From assembly GCA_964016885.1 (NCBI GenBank), contig OZ024742.1:89900001-89964000 (forward strand): a DNA stretch of 64,000 bases, written 5' to 3'. Below are positions 13,577 through 27,393 of the stretch, piece after piece. The notes beneath the pieces were generated by a model, which worked only from the letters and a program-made list of their open reading frames with translations, was not told the DNA's origin and did not search any database. The stretch's first letter is position 1; each line of letters opens with the position of its first letter. Made by a program: the position numbers and the translations under genes. The stretch comes from Eledone cirrhosa. Its lineage: Eukaryota.

Positions 13577-13667
13577 ATATATATATATATATATTTACCA
13601 TCCACTGAATTATTTTTGTAAAAGTTCCCTGTGTCCACGCATCGCCTGGGAACTTAGCTGAGAATTG

Positions 13668-13748
13668 ACTTCCTGTCGACGAAAGGTATTCTCCATGTTC
13701 CATTCGGAAACCATGTTTATTCCCTTTCAGAAACTAATTAGTTGGAGT
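13668..13748 (+). ncRNA. Hammerhead-like motif (core CUGUCGA)
   Basis: ACTTC-CTGTCGA-c-GAAAGG..CCTTTC-a-GAAA-CTAATTAG-TT-GGAGT. Confidence 0.65.
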
Positions 13749-14194
13749 GAAATTTTAGTAAGTAAGTTAATTTTTATAATTTTCTTATTTTACGTCTTTC
13801 ATATAATTGTTCTGCATCCCCTTGCATTGAACCACAAAGTTACTAAGACAACACCTATATATTTGCTAGCATAGGTATTCATCTGTATATATATGTTGGT
13901 AGATATACTAATTCTTTATAATTATCTCCAAATTATTTGTTGAGCAAAAATGTGCCAACACTGCTACTATAGTTCATAGTAATAGTCCGGATACTGTCTT
14001 ATTAACACCCCACTCATCACTGATTAACCTCGATGTCACGTGATTGATTCTTTTGAATTTGCCACCAACCAAGTAGGCAGTGATTTATTCAATGTCTTGG
14101 AATTTAGTCCTCGCTTGCTTTTTTCCATTCACTGAATTATTTTTGTATAAGTTCCCTGTGTCCACGCATCGCCTGGGAACTTAGCTGAGAATTG

Positions 14195-14275
14195 ACTTCC
14201 TGGTGACGAAAGGTATTCTCCATGTTCCATTCAGAAACCATGTTTATTCCCTTTCAGAAACTAATTAGTTGGAGT
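14195..14275 (+). ncRNA. Hammerhead-like motif (core CUGGUGA)
   Basis: Second copy of 13668-13748 with the same stems. Confidence 0.65.
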
Positions 14276-15018
14276 GAAATTTTAGTAAGTAAGTTAATTT
14301 TTATAATTTTCTTATTTTACGTCTTTCATATATATATATATGCATGCGTGTAAATGTGTATTTAGACTAGCATCTATTTGTGCGTATGTATATTTTTGGT
14401 TAGATATCAATTTAACTGTACCTCTCTATATATATAGTGTGGGTATATGCACTTTGTAATCTATGAAATTTATCTGTTTTAACTATGCCAGCATGTATTT
14501 ATCTGAGTTTGATTATTTATGCATTAACCTACCTGATAGTATTATAGAGCGTATCATATTCTATGTTATACTAAATGCAATTTACCACACAGAACTATAT
14601 TGTGTTGGTTAAGTTGTATATAATCGCATTACTGTATTTCATTATCTTATTATAATTTTCATCTTTTAATATACTATCTTTCCTAGCCATAACATTAATT
14701 TATATTCACCTTAAAACTCAATACAACACTAATCACCATTTATTTGACATTCCTTTTAAATTCACTATACCAGATACATTCAACTATCAGTTTGACAATC
14801 CCTTTCCTCCTGATAGATTTTTATACCAAATCTACTATTAATACCCTTCAACGATTCCTTTCAAAGGGTCAGGACTTCAACTAAAGTATATTACTTTTCA
14901 TATGAACACCATATGAAAAAAACAATTTGATTCGTTAGTTCTTCAACAGCCTCCAAATAAGGACATGATACTAACATACTACTAATTCTGAATAAAATCA
15001 TTATTGAATAAAATTATT

Positions 15019-15158
15019 ATTGCTTTTGAAAACAGCTGGTAATATGCAGGTAAGTAAATATTCTCTTTATCTGATAGTTTGTAAATAACCTTACATAGAG
15101 CAATTACTGAGTATAGCTACAATGCATTATCATCATCTAGAAACGATCGTAAAGCAGT
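15019..15158 (+). ncRNA. Variant hammerhead (UUGAAAA core, long stem II)
   Basis: ATTGCTT-TTGAAAA-(~107 nt)-GAAA-CGATCG-TA-AAGCAGT. Stem I is 7 bp; the base of stem II is imperfect. Confidence 0.55.
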
Positions 15159-15206
15159 GATGTATATCTCTATTAAGTTGATTTTTTATTTCATTGTTTT
15201 ACCTTA

Positions 15207-15304
<98 letters not shown>

Positions 15305-15444
15305 GAAATATCAGTGATGCATCCGAAGGATCTATGGGGAACACTACGCGATAGAGTGGTGTGTAGTTCGTATGTCACAGAGTCACTCAAGCTAGAGCTA
15401 CTACTTCTCCGAATATATGGTTAGAATGTCTTAGGAAAGAATCG

Positions 15445-16233
15445 TTGGGCAGATTTTATGGAAGTGGTTAAAAAGAAGAGACATTAAAAAAGCTACAGAA
15501 GGAATGCTAATGGCTGCGCAAGAGCAAGCCCTCAGAACGAAATGGGTGAAACACCATATTGACAAAGAGGAGACTAGCCCACTGTGTAGGATCTATGTAG
15601 AGAGAGGAGACTGTGGCTCACATTGTATCCGAGTGTAAACACCTAGCCAAGACTCATTATAAAGGCTGGAGACATGATGTGATAGGCAGGGTGATCCACT
15701 GGCATCTATGCAAAGTAAACAATTTACCACATTCTGAGAAGTGGTATGAGCATAAGCCAGAGTCGGTGATAGAAAACGACCAGGTGAAGGTGCTATGGAA
15801 CTTTAGGATACAGACGGACAAGAAATTAGAACACAATAGGCCTGACCTGGTGGTTTTGGACAAGGAAAAAAGGATCGTGCCTTATTATAGATGTAGCCTG
15901 CCCATTTGACACGAGAGTGCATGAAAAGGAGAGGGAGAAAATTAACCGATACCAGGACTTAAAGTGGGAGGTAAAGATGATTTGGAACTGCCATGAAGTC
16001 AAAGTGATCCCGATTGTCATAGGCCCACTAGCGACTATCTCAAAATATTTCCAGGGATGGTTAAAGAAAATTGGCCCCTTCACGCTTTTTGGAACGCTTC
16101 AAAAGGCATGCTTGCTGGGAACAGCAAGAACCCTCCGATACGTCCTGAATATCTGAGGCTGCAGGTAGTGGCTTGATATTCATTTCAACAAACTTTCCAG
16201 TTAACTAACATCAATGACTGAGACTCAAAGAAC
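15445..16233 (+). mobile_element. R4/Dong-like non-LTR retrotransposon 3' fragment (CCHC plus restriction-like endonuclease)
   Basis: AAQEQAL, CR..ETVAHIVSEC, RHD, NRPDLVV, IIDVACP, EKINRY and LQKACLLGTA. It ends at (AAT)n. Confidence 0.85.
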
Positions 16234-16254
16234 AATAATAATAATAATAATAAT

Positions 16255-18585
16255 GCTTTCTTTATTAACCACAAGGGTTTACATAAAGTAGACATTAAGG
16301 GCAGTACAGGACAATACAGGACGGTATAAATGGGCATTTCTGCGTGTAAAGAAAACAGAGGATGTAATAAAAAGAAAATAACAATGAAAAATTCCCCAAT
16401 AGGGGGGAGACTTCCGAGGGGCATTTGTGGAGAAAGCCCATTAAAAGGCCACAGTGACCCTGACCACCAGGGCAAGTGCCCTCTCCCAGTTTCCACCTTT
16501 AATTTACAGACACATACTCAGAGTAGGCCCATTCACTCGGGCCATACTTGCTTCTCTCACCCATCTTTCAACAAAATGCTGGGAAGAGAGCACTTCCCTC
16601 TCTACCCTGATTTTCCTTTTCAAATGAAATTTGAAAAAGTTAATCAGGGCATCACCGAAGAGGTAAGTGCTCGTCTTCAGCCTTTTCAAACCCGTCCACC
16701 ATACTATCTCTTTCGCCATGGCTACCAGACAGATAAAAACTGCCTGCCCTTCCCGTCTAAAAGAAGAGGGCGGGGCAATCCTCACGATGGACTCAGCTGA
16801 TAGCCGGATCCTTTCTACACGCGACAGCATGTGTTCGACATAAACCCACAAGCCACCAATTCTCGGACACTGGACGAGTGCGTGCAGGACGGTTTCGTCG
16901 CCCTGCGCGCATCTCGGACATGCCCGATTGACGGCACCTCCATGCCTGTAGAGTTTATCCCGAACTGACAAGGCTCCTCGGTAGCACTGCCAGGCCAGGG
17001 ATTTCTGGAAGCTGTCCATAGGCCCGGCCCGAAATTTCTTCCGAAGAGATTGGCTAGTTGATTTTGGTCGACGCCTAGAGTTTCCCCAAGTACGTCATGC
17101 TCTTCCCCTCCACTAATCCTCTATAGAAGGCCGAGGTGGAGTTTCCACCGATCACATTGCCCGATTGGTCGAGGACTGTGAGCGCCTGAAGACATTCCAA
17201 TCTGCAAGCGCTCCCTCTTGGTCTTCGCTTGACCCAGGACTGCAGCCCCGCAAGGAGACGAGCTGGAGAAAGACGTGTCTAGCAAACGGAGACCACACCT
17301 GATCACCGTCGAGGAAGTGGTGGAGATGTCGTAGCCTGAGCGCGTGTCTGCGCATCATCAGCCAACGGCATGCTCAGCCCTCCACGTAGCGGGTGTTGAC
17401 AGCAGATGGACCGCCTGACCATTGGAGCGCGTCCCTTCCTCAAAAAGCGAAAGAGCAAACGCTCCAGCGCAGTTAGGCGGGGCTTAGGACAAGGTACGAC
17501 GGTCAGGCGGTAGTAGATGACGGACGCGATGTACGCGTTAGCCACCTCCGCTCGACCTTTCAGGGATAGTTTCCTCTCCGCCCATTTCTGGGTGAGAGAA
17601 GCCACCCTGCTCGTCACCTCGTCCCAGTTTTTGTACGATTATCTTGGTGTTGGCTTCGATGCCGGCGTGGACGGCAGCTATTAACCAGGGAATTTCGATG
17701 GCTGGTGGAACGTGGGTCACCCTGATCTTCACGAGTCTCTGGCTGCAATAGCTTGGGACGAGTGGTAAGTCGTCACATCTTAATGGGGACATGGAGTGTT
17801 CTCTGGCATCCTGTGGTGCTTCAAAGAACACGTCCATGGTTCCATATTTCTGCCCACGTCTGATGTGGGGTTTCTTTGCTCACACATGTCCCAAAGCTTT
17901 TTGGATTTAGGACTCGGATGCCCGTTCCACTCGGCGCGATTTTATGCTAATCGTCCGGTGGATAGGCGCCGATGCTCCATTTTATTAGGGGGGAGCTGAA
18001 CCTGTACCCATCTTTCTTTACCATTTTTTTGGCTTCTTCTATTTCCTCCTGAGTTACCTGGAATGCTTCGCACTATTTTGCTACTCTGGCAAAACTCAGG
18101 TTGTTTTCTTAATTTCATTGTTGCTGTTGGTGTTATCGTTATTTTTGTTATTGTTAATTTTAGTTTCAGTTGTGGTGGTGGTGGTGGCGTCAGTGGTGTT
18201 CGGTGTGGAAGAGTTCATTTTGGTTGAATTCATTTCGATATCACAAGTTAATTTATTTTTTTCTTTTATTTCTGTTGTCGCGGTGGTGGTGGGGGGTCGT
18301 GGTTGACGCAGTGGTGGTGGGGGTTGCGGCTTTAACACCTGCAGTCATTGGTAATGGCGGGAAATGAATGTCTGCCTGAGACAAATTTAAAATATTGCTA
18401 CTGCTTATATTTTTAGTGTTGGCAAACGTAGTAATATTTACAATGGTGGTGTCGGTGTGAAGTATTAGTTTGTGAGGAAGGAGTGACCCTGAGTCGTCCA
18501 TGATTTTTCAAAGAAAGACTTTTGTTTGATAATTATAAAAGTTTAAATTTTGGGCTCAAGGCCCCAATCTTTTTGGGTGTCCTTT
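16255..18585 (-). mobile_element. Internally deleted Tx1/L1-clade LINE
   Basis: ORF2 C-terminus LSLKGRAEVANAY and CPRC..ETVLHALVQC. An ORF1-like piece (KIRVTHVPP) is joined at ~17634. AATAAA then (ATT)n at the 3' end. Confidence 0.75.
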
Positions 18586-18715
18586 TCAGATAACAATGTA
18601 TGTACACTTGTATACAGTTAACAATAAAAAATTTCCATAAATGGCAATTTTAAACAACTGAAAATACCAAACCATTGCGGAGCTCACGATGATATGATTT
18701 ACTACGTATGTCGCC

Positions 18716-18753
<38 letters not shown>

Positions 18754-18754
18754 T

Positions 18755-19920
18755 TTCTTTATTGGCCTCAAGGGCTGACATCAATGAAATCATTACAGAC
18801 GGCACAGGACGGTACAGGATGGTACAATGTGAGTTTTGTGCGTGTAAATATTTTTATTATTTATATAAGAAAAGAAAAAAAGGACATAAAACGTATATAT
18901 ATATAAACAATAAAAATGAAAATTGAAACAATGAAAAATTCCCCAATAGGGGGGAAACCTCCGAGGGTTACTCGTGGCGAAAACCACACAAAAGACCACG
19001 GCCACCCTGACCACCAGGGTAAGCGCCCTCTCTCAATTTTTCCATTCCTCAAACTACAAGCGTATATTCAGAGCAGTCCCGTTCACTGGGACCATTCTCG
19101 CTACATTCACCCACCTTTCAACAAACTTGCTAGAGGACAGCACTTGCCCCTCCACCCTGATTTTCCTCTTCAAGTGAAACTTGAAAAAGTTAATCAGGGA
19201 TTCGCCGAAGAGGAAAGTGTCTGTCTTTATCCCTTTCAACCTTGTCCACCACAAATCTCTTTCGCCATGGCCACCAGGCTGATAAAAACCGCCTGCCCTT
19301 CCTCCTCGAAGGAAGACGGCGAGACTATCTGCACAATGGACTCAGTCGATAACCGAATCGGTCCTACACGCGACAGCACGACGGTTTCGTCCATCTGCGC
19401 GCATCTCGGACAGGCTCGGCTGACGGCACTTCCGTGCCTGTAGAGCTTATCTCGAACCGGCAACGCTCCCCGGTAGCATTACCAGGCCAAGAATTTCTGG
19501 AAGTTATTCATAGGACCTGGGCTGAAAGTTCTCCGGAAGAGAGCAAACAGCTGATTTTCTTCGACGCCCAGGATCTCTCCGAGAACGTCGACGCTCTTCC
19601 CCTCCACTAGTCCTCTATAGAACGCCGAGGTGGATGTTCCACCGATACTGATGTCCAGCTGGCAGAGGGCAGTGAGCGCCTGGAGACATTCCAGTTTCCA
19701 AGCGCTATCCCTCGGTCTTTTCCTGACCCAGGACTGCAGTTCCGTCTAGTAGACGAGCTGTGGGAAAACGTGCCTGGCGAACGGCGAACACACCTGTTCA
19801 CCGTCAAGGAAGCACAAGAGATGTCGCAGCCTCAACGCATGTTTGCGCATCATCAGCCATGGCATGCCCAGTCCTCCACGCAACGGGTGTTGGCAGCAGA
19901 TGGATCGTCTGACAACGGGA
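18755..19920 (-). mobile_element. Second Tx1/L1-like 3' fragment
   Basis: Diverged paralog of 16255-17420 (LPVRDKLYRHG, CPRC, FFKFHLKRKIRVE), flanked by (AAT)n. Confidence 0.8.
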
Positions 19921-19930
19921 CAATAATAAT

Positions 19931-20121
19931 AATTGTTTGTACTTTTGGCACAAGGCCAGCAATTATCCCAATGTATTACTGGTACTTTATTTAATCGACA
20001 CCGTAAGGATGAAAGGCAAAGTTAACCTCGGCGGGATTTGAACTCAGACCATAAAGGGCCGTAACTCTAAGCTGCAAAGCATGGCGTCCGACTCTCTACC
20101 GATACTGCCAATCCACCGCCC
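19931..20121 (-). mobile_element. tRNA-derived SINE
   Basis: Minus strand shows an A box TGGCAGTATCGG, a B box GAGTTCAAATCC, a central ctttgcctttcatcc..tcga..aaataaagtacc core and an (ATT)n tail. Confidence 0.85.
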
Positions 20122-20150
20122 AATAAATAATAATAATAATAATAATAATA

Positions 20151-21280
20151 AACGGCTGTATGTCAAAACTTCATTATATTTTGAAGGAGAGCAAAAAATA
20201 TGCTACTGATCTCATGCTTGATCCCCAGGTTGGACAGACTGAGGAAACTGTTGCAATTGTTGTAGCTAAGCACATAAAATTAATGGCAAAACAAAAGGGC
20301 AAGGGCATTTAGCATCAAAGTGGGAGGAGAAACCTCTGCATGGCAAATATGTGACCCGTTGCAAACAAGCTGATGTTGACCAAACGCACACCCATCAGTG
20401 GCTACGTAGCTCAGGGCTAAAAGTAGAGAGCGAAGACTTCATCTTAGCTGCCCAAGTTCAAAGCTTACTGACTCGGAATTACCAGGCCAATGTGATGAGA
20501 AATGGAGTAAATCAAAAGTGCCGATTCTGTAATTTTGAGGTGGAAACAGTGGACCACCCAGTTTCTGGATGTAAAGTTTTAAATATAGACATGACAGAGT
20601 TGGCCAATATCTACACTGGGTAACATGACGGCATTATAAAATCAAAGCTGCTGACAAATGGTACAATCATCATCCTGAGGCTGTAACTGAAGGAGAAAAA
20701 GTAACAATTCTTTGGGACTTTCCTATACATACTTACCGGACCATTAAAGCAAATAGACCAGATATCATTGTAAAATCCAACATATCAAGGTCTGTTTGCT
20801 GACTGATATGAGCTTCCCATGTGATCACAATATCCCGGCAAAAGAATTCGACAAGCAAAGAAAATATAAAGATCTGCTTATTGAAATCGAAAAAATGTGG
20901 CACCTCAAGGACGTTACAATACCAATGATTGTGGGAGCACTGGGAATGATCAAGAAAGGAACAGAACAGTAATTGAGAATGATTCCTCGTCTACCCTATC
21001 TGCAAGAGGTGCAAATAATTGTCTTGACTGGTACTGCCCACGTATTGAGAAGAGCACTATCTCTGTGAGAATGATACCCCCCACTCTTGTGTGTTTGTGT
21101 GTGTGTGTGAGTAGAGCACTACCCTGTAAGAATAATATCCCTTTGTAAGAATGATAAGCTGTAAATTATATTCAATGTGGTGTATTGACTGGCTTACCAA
21201 TGTATACAATGAATTTATTTTCCTAGGTGTCAAGAAGACACTCGGCATATATCAGAAACAATACTGAAGGAAAAGGAAAA
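20151..21280 (+). mobile_element. R4/Dong-like LINE 3' fragment, degenerate
   Basis: KPLHG, ILAAQ, CRFC..ETVDH..SGC, LWDFPI, NRPDI and VGALG. Confidence 0.8.
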
Positions 21281-21288
21281 ACAATAAT

Positions 21289-21719
21289 AATTGTTTCTAC
21301 TTTTGGCACAAGGCCAGCAATTATCCTAATGTATTACTGGTACTTTATTTTATCGACCCTGTAAGGATGAAAGGCAAAGTTAACATTGGCGGGATTTGAA
21401 CCAGATCGTAAAAGGCCGTAACTCTTTGCAAAGCATGGCGTCAGACCCTCTCCCGATACTGCCAATCCAATAGTAATGTTTTCATTTATTGGCCATAATT
21501 GTTTCTGATTTAGGCACAAGGCCAACAATATTTTGGTGGGGAGAGAGGGCAAAGTCGATTAAATCAACCCCAGTGCATTACTGGTTCTCTGTTCTATCGA
21601 CCCCATAAGGATGAAAAGCAACGCTAACCTTGGTGGGGTTTGAATTCAGAACGTAAAAGGCCTTAACTCTATGCTACAAAGAATGATCTCCGACGCTCTA
21701 CTGATACTGCCAATCTACC
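21289..21719 (-). mobile_element. Two adjacent tRNA-derived SINE copies
   Basis: Same family as 19931-20121, at ~21289-21468 and ~21497-21719. Confidence 0.8.
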
Positions 21720-24558
21720 AAGGTATTTAGTCAGCCCAGTTGTGGTGTTTTTGATCAGACATTTCAAACTGGGTCATGCCTCGACTTCATTGAGTTCTGG
21801 GATTGCATAAAGAATTACAGTCGTAGTCCCCTCATTGATGTGCGGCAGCGAAAGACAGAATATGCCATCCCTTAGCATGCGCCCTCTTCTTGATATCTTA
21901 GCATTTTAGCCTTTGGTGAAGGATGCTAGATAGCTGTATTTTATCAGCAGATTTTCAAACTCTTTGGCGCTGTGTCTGTTTGGTCTATAACTACACTGTG
22001 TCTCTTTCTTATCCGGGAATCCATGTTGGATACATAAGCTCTTTTTGCTCATATGGGTAGGGCTGACGCGTAGTGCATATCACCATGTTGCTGAATTTTG
22101 TATAGAAAGATTGCTTTTATGTGTGATAATGTTGGACATCTAGTAAGGAATGAAACCTGATGTTGACGGGATGCTTAACCTTGTGAACCCTATTGACATT
22201 CTTGTGCATTCTGCAAGATTGGCAGGTAAGTATTCATATATGTGGTTGCTGAATAAACTTGGCAATTATCACAGTCTCGAATTCTGTTTGTAGATATAGG
22301 TCTCAGACTAGAAGTTTACATTGATTGCACGGGATGATTTAGTAAGTTGAAACAGAAAGATTCTCGTTTGCGTAGTGTCCTGTCTCATCAATCAGCTATT
22401 TCGTATTGAAATTGTGTCCGAAATATCTGAGAAATAGCAATTGAACTTAATCGTCTGCATGAACATCTGTGATCTCGCCTTGGCATGATATGGATTCAGA
22501 AATAAGCCTAAGATTCCATGTGCAAACAGATATACACAGTTACCGTGTTTATGTATATACGCTGAGACAGACACATATATGCACACACATAACGTGTAAA
22601 GCGCTGTGTATATGTGTGCAAAACATAAAAACATCATTAAAACATAGACTTGCTGAGAAGCAATAATTGAAATATTGAAAATTGATTATTGTTTCGATGT
22701 TAAACTCTACTATGAACACCCTTCTCTAGCATACGATATATATACAGGAAATCTGGATAGAAGTGAGTAATTCATATTTATTTTCTTCGGTCTCCTCGAT
22801 TCTGTACTGGATATTCGTGCTAAAAGGTTTGGGGTGCTAAGCTGTCAATTACTGACCATCTAGTTATCTGCAAACTCAGGATGCCTAAAATAAAGGTAAT
22901 CTAAAAATTGGTAAGTACAGATCTATCCAGAGCTATAAAGTGGGAAATGCTGGCTGATGAAGAGGTGTCAACCAGGTATGCGGGTGATATTGCATCCAAA
23001 TCCAGAGAAGTTCCTGAACAAACTGAGGACCTGGCAGTGTCTATTTCAGCTATTGAATTATGCAGATGAAAGCGGCACTGTGTGTCTCCGGCTGACTAGA
23101 TATCTTGGTCATTCAGACATTTAAATGTTCCAATCGAGTAATGAAAGAGTCTGACAAAGCTTGGCTTGGAAATAAGTCTCCCTTTTAATTAAAGATGATT
23201 CACCCCGTTAATCTTCCCTTGCAAAGTTTACACTAAATGGCTGGCAAAGAGATGTAAAGATATTGTTGCGTCCAAATTAGCTGGCGAACTGTGAGGCTTA
23301 TAAGAGTTATACAGGCCCCTCAGACAATACCCACAAAGAGAAAACGGACGTGCAGAGTTTTGTCAAGGAGACATTCTTTGCTCTCGTGCTCGAGGGTGCG
23401 TTGAAAGGCGATTAAGTAAGTGCGTGTGTAGCATGCCCGCGTAGGATTGCCTGATTTGGGGTCTACGAATGTGTGTATTGGATGTACGGGTGTACTTGCG
23501 TGCGTGTGGGCTGGTAGCTTGGTGTATGGGGTGGGCCTAATTTTCGTGATACTGTGTTTGTGCATCCATCATTGGCTGAATACTAACATAGCAACATCAC
23601 TACTAAGAAGAATACATAGATGTATGTACCACACCTAAGCAGAACGCGTATGCACGTAGTGCTGTCACCCATACCCCGCCCCCACCGCCCGCCCCGCGTC
23701 AGAAAGCATACAAAATAACTCTTCCACCTTTAGCCTCCTCCTCTCTTTTTTGTACACACAATGATGCATACCAAAACCAGGGTCTCAGAAAGCAAACCAC
23801 CCAATCCATCTATCAAAACTGACATGAGAAATGCGTACGCATGGAAATATACACACCCACCACATAGGCAGAGGGAAGGACGCGACACCCATACAAAATA
23901 ACCTCAACTACACACTTACACACACTAAAATTAGTTACCTACACGCCCACTACCACAACAACGAAAACACCCACCAAAATAAAAGAATAGGGCAGGAAAA
24001 GAAATGAGGGGATCTGCGAGTGAGAAGAGAAAGAGATAATACTACCCTCAACTAGCCCCGAAACCAGATTCTCTTGACCCCGTTTTCGACAATGTAGTAG
24101 TTTGCTTCCTTCCAAAATTTTACCCATCACCATTTACGACCATAACAGAGCTAACATACGACGACACAAATACATGAAGACGTAGATTTAGACACGCGCA
24201 CACATCTAGGGAATGATGGTGAATAATACATAACTGAAAGTGCTATGAGGGCGACTGTGCACAAGAACGCAGTGATCACGATAGAGCCTTCACCTCTATG
24301 CGACTATCGGCCACAGCCCCCCATCTACACCACGTTTTTTCCCACTTACCCCACATACCCTGTTAAAACAGTTTATAGAAGTAGCTGAAAATTAAAAATG
24401 AATTCAGTTATCCCCTCTCCTTTGAAACAGCGTGAACTCAGCCACCCGGCACTAACTTTTATCTCCACATACAATCTACTTTCCCAAGCACCGCGTACGG
24501 GGCTGAATATGGTCTTACTAGTTTGACTGGTAACTCCAAATCCCCCCCCCCCCTTTCA

Positions 24559-24590
<32 letters not shown>

Positions 24591-25052
24591 TTTTTTTTTT
24601 TTTTAATACATAAACAGAGAAAGCCTTAAGCGATACTCCGACCAACTCCATCTCACTCAACAAACATTAGGATATACCTAAGTATTATCACAATTTAGTG
24701 TTTGGGGTGCTAACTAATCAGTATTTCGTGGATAGCTGGTTGTATTATTTTATATGAGACATTATTAAATAAATATCTCTTTCCTTCCAGACGGCCGTTT
24801 CGTTATAAGATTTCTACAATTTGGGATAAATAATTTCCAGGTTATGTAGAAACTTGTATATAATCCATAGTTTCATACACAAGCAGGCTCTTATAAGCTC
24901 ATCAGTGGATACCCAAATAATATCGATATAAGAATCATATCGACATTAATAGAATAGTGATGGTCTCCCTCAACGTTAAGAAGAGACTGCGAGATTAAAA
25001 AACCCAGCAGTCTTCCCAATCGCATGTAGACATTTATAAATATATATATATA

Positions 25053-25763
25053 CCAGAAGTGTATCCCGGCGTTGCACGTGTAAGAACATTGGTAATAGCA
25101 CCTTCAATGAGAAACTTTTATTTGTGAGTGCCGGTTAAAAACTCACGAAAATATACCCACAGGAAACTTCTTTTATTTGGAGAAAATTAAGAAGTTGAAA
25201 GTACAGTTTAGCTGTCTACGTGCATTGTTCATAGAAATATTGTTGAGCTCCTTCGTTTCATAGTCTTCTATTTTGGCCTTTTGGGCGTAAATGTGAGAGA
25301 GAAAGTCACAGGTTAAGTTGGAAGAAGGCTCCAGTACAATAACAGTAAGGCGTAGGCTACTTACCTCAAAAGTTCATTCGCACTTTTTCCACTAAGATAC
25401 TCTTTCTCTGTATCCCTCTCAGTGCTGTCCCTTGCGAATTTCTCGCGTAGGCCTGGTGTAGATTTGCACCCAATCCCTCTGCCCGATGCACATGTCCGCT
25501 TTTAGGGTTTTGGAGGAAGCAGTGACCAGCAGTACGTTGTTCAGTATTTTTACGAAAAGGTATAGCAGAGAATCCCGCGTGAACTAACAGTTCGGGAGGA
25601 AACTGTTTACCTCGAAGATTCATTCGCCATCGTTCTTGTCAACGCTCCGTTTACATGGTATGTGTTGGTCTACAGTTAGATGAATGGCGCACAAAGGGTT
25701 AATGTTTATTGGCAAGAAGATTTTGAATAATAAAAGACGGGTTAAAGCGACCTACAATGTTTC

Positions 25764-25800
<37 letters not shown>
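25053..25800 (-). mobile_element. Non-autonomous Helitron
   Basis: The minus-strand 3' end has an imperfect hairpin (cacgtgcaacgccggg) followed by CTGG, a CTRR terminus, and then T. Confidence 0.55.
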
Positions 25801-25801
<1 letters not shown>

Positions 25802-25893
25802 ACGAAGGAAATGTGGTAAGGAACCAGGTGGACCATAACGCACCAAAGTACTCAATACTTGAGGTAGTAGAGTGGGTAATAGGAACCAGTAAG

Positions 25894-25987
25894 ACCCCGA
25901 CAGCTGAGCTCAAGCCGTTTCGACGGCTAATTCTGGACTAAATGAAAATTTATCCTGGTATTTAAATAGCCGATCTTCTCAAGGGGT
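25894..25987 (-). ncRNA. Hammerhead, U3:A8 core variant
   Basis: Inverted copy of 27394-27487. Confidence 0.85.
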
Positions 25988-27393
25988 AATTCCATATATG
26001 GTCAAAGTGATTGTCAAAAATCAGTAGTAATTCTGTGGTTGCAAATTAGTAGGGGAGATGGTGGCTAAACCTGCCAGTAGGAGAAAGAGGGGCGGGGGTG
26101 GAGTAGACCCAATCAAGCGTTGGTAGTGCCAGCTACAGCTGGGCATGAGGTCAAAGAAGATACAGGGGAGGGGGAGGGGGAGGAAGTCGGAACGGTAGGT
26201 AGAACAATGGGGGGTAGAAGGGGTAGAAATATATAGGAAAGAAAATATACTGAGAGTGAAGAAAAGCAAATAAGTGTAAAGAAAAAAGTAAAGTAAATTA
26301 AATTCTACGACCTAGGTCTCAGGCTATTGTTAGGCTAGAATAAAATAAAGAAAGAAAGAAAGAAGTAAAGAAAAAAATAAATAAAGAAATAACGAAATAA
26401 GTAAAAGAACTAGGTGGGACGGATTAGGCAAGGACCCGTTTAAGAGGTATAAGTACGTAAATGATACGGTGACGGGTCAACAAAAGGGGCCAAAATACTA
26501 AAGAGACTACCACGAAATAAACAATAAAGGTTTCCATCCCGGGCCAGCAACGGCCCAGTGCAGCAAAGTGAACTTGTACAAGATAATAATTCTGAGTCCC
26601 GAGAAAAATATATACTAATGCTAACTCTAAAAGATCTAAAACAAGCTACATGAAAGTTCGTACGAAATAAAGGTAGAATACGGAGAAATAAATTCAGAAT
26701 CCACCCCGCCCAGAAGAAAAGCGGAGCAAGAAATACTGAAACGAAAAAATAAGGCATAAGTGCCACTAAGAAATATAGAGGGCACAGAGAATAGTGGGAG
26801 CGGTCGGAAAAAGGGGGCAAGTATCTGGGGTCTAAGCCAACTGCTATAAAGGGCGGAGTCCGCCAAATCTATCATAGACTAGGGGAGGGAGTGGTGGGTG
26901 TACTAAGGCTACATGGGGCCAAAGGGCAGCCTCGGGTGGGCGAGAAAAGACGCCGACAAAGGAGAAGAGCTGGGGTAGAAGGACTAAGGAGAGAGGGGGG
27001 AAGGAAATAAAGGAAGCGATAAAAGAATACAAAGAAGATCTTACGTCTTCCTTGGCAAGCAGGGGTTACCCATTGCAAAATCGGCAAGTGGGGTGTTTTT
27101 CTTTACACTTATTTGCTTTTCTTCACTCTCAGTATTTTTTCTTTCCTATATATTTCTACCTTTCTACCCCCCATTGTTCTACCTACCGTTCCGACTTCCT
27201 CCCCCTCCCCCTCCCCTGTATCTTCTTTGACCTCATGCCCAGCTGTAGCTGGCACTACCAACGCTTGATTGGGTCTACTCCACCCCCGCCCCTCTTTCTC
27301 CTACTGGCAGGTTTAGCCACCATCTCCCCTACTAATTTGCAACCACAGAATTACTACTGATTTTTGACAATCACTTTGACCATATATGGAATT

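Larger units (their letters stand above)
13600..14335 (+). mobile_element. Small non-coding element with ~205-bp direct repeats (527-bp period), each with a hammerhead-like motif
   Basis: 13600-13805 repeats at ~14127-14332. It is inserted in the microsatellite of the host PLE 3' UTR. Confidence 0.75.
11600..15210 (+). mobile_element. 5'-truncated Penelope-like element with an inverted pLTR (11600-12122)
   Basis: GIY-YIG remnant at 12123-12952 (CNCRNRSICP, YKC..YIGST, CRLC, LLNKRQE, CNH). ~11740-12065 is the reverse complement of ~14877-15190. Confidence 0.85.

Noticed and set aside
15047-15116. Intron inside the hammerhead stem II (CAG|GTAAGT)
   Set aside because: The inverted copy has CAT|GTAAGT, and there is no convincing polypyrimidine acceptor.
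23300-24520. GC-richer unclassified segment
   Set aside because: I could not support any ORF, terminal repeat or complete RNA motif, so it is left unannotated.
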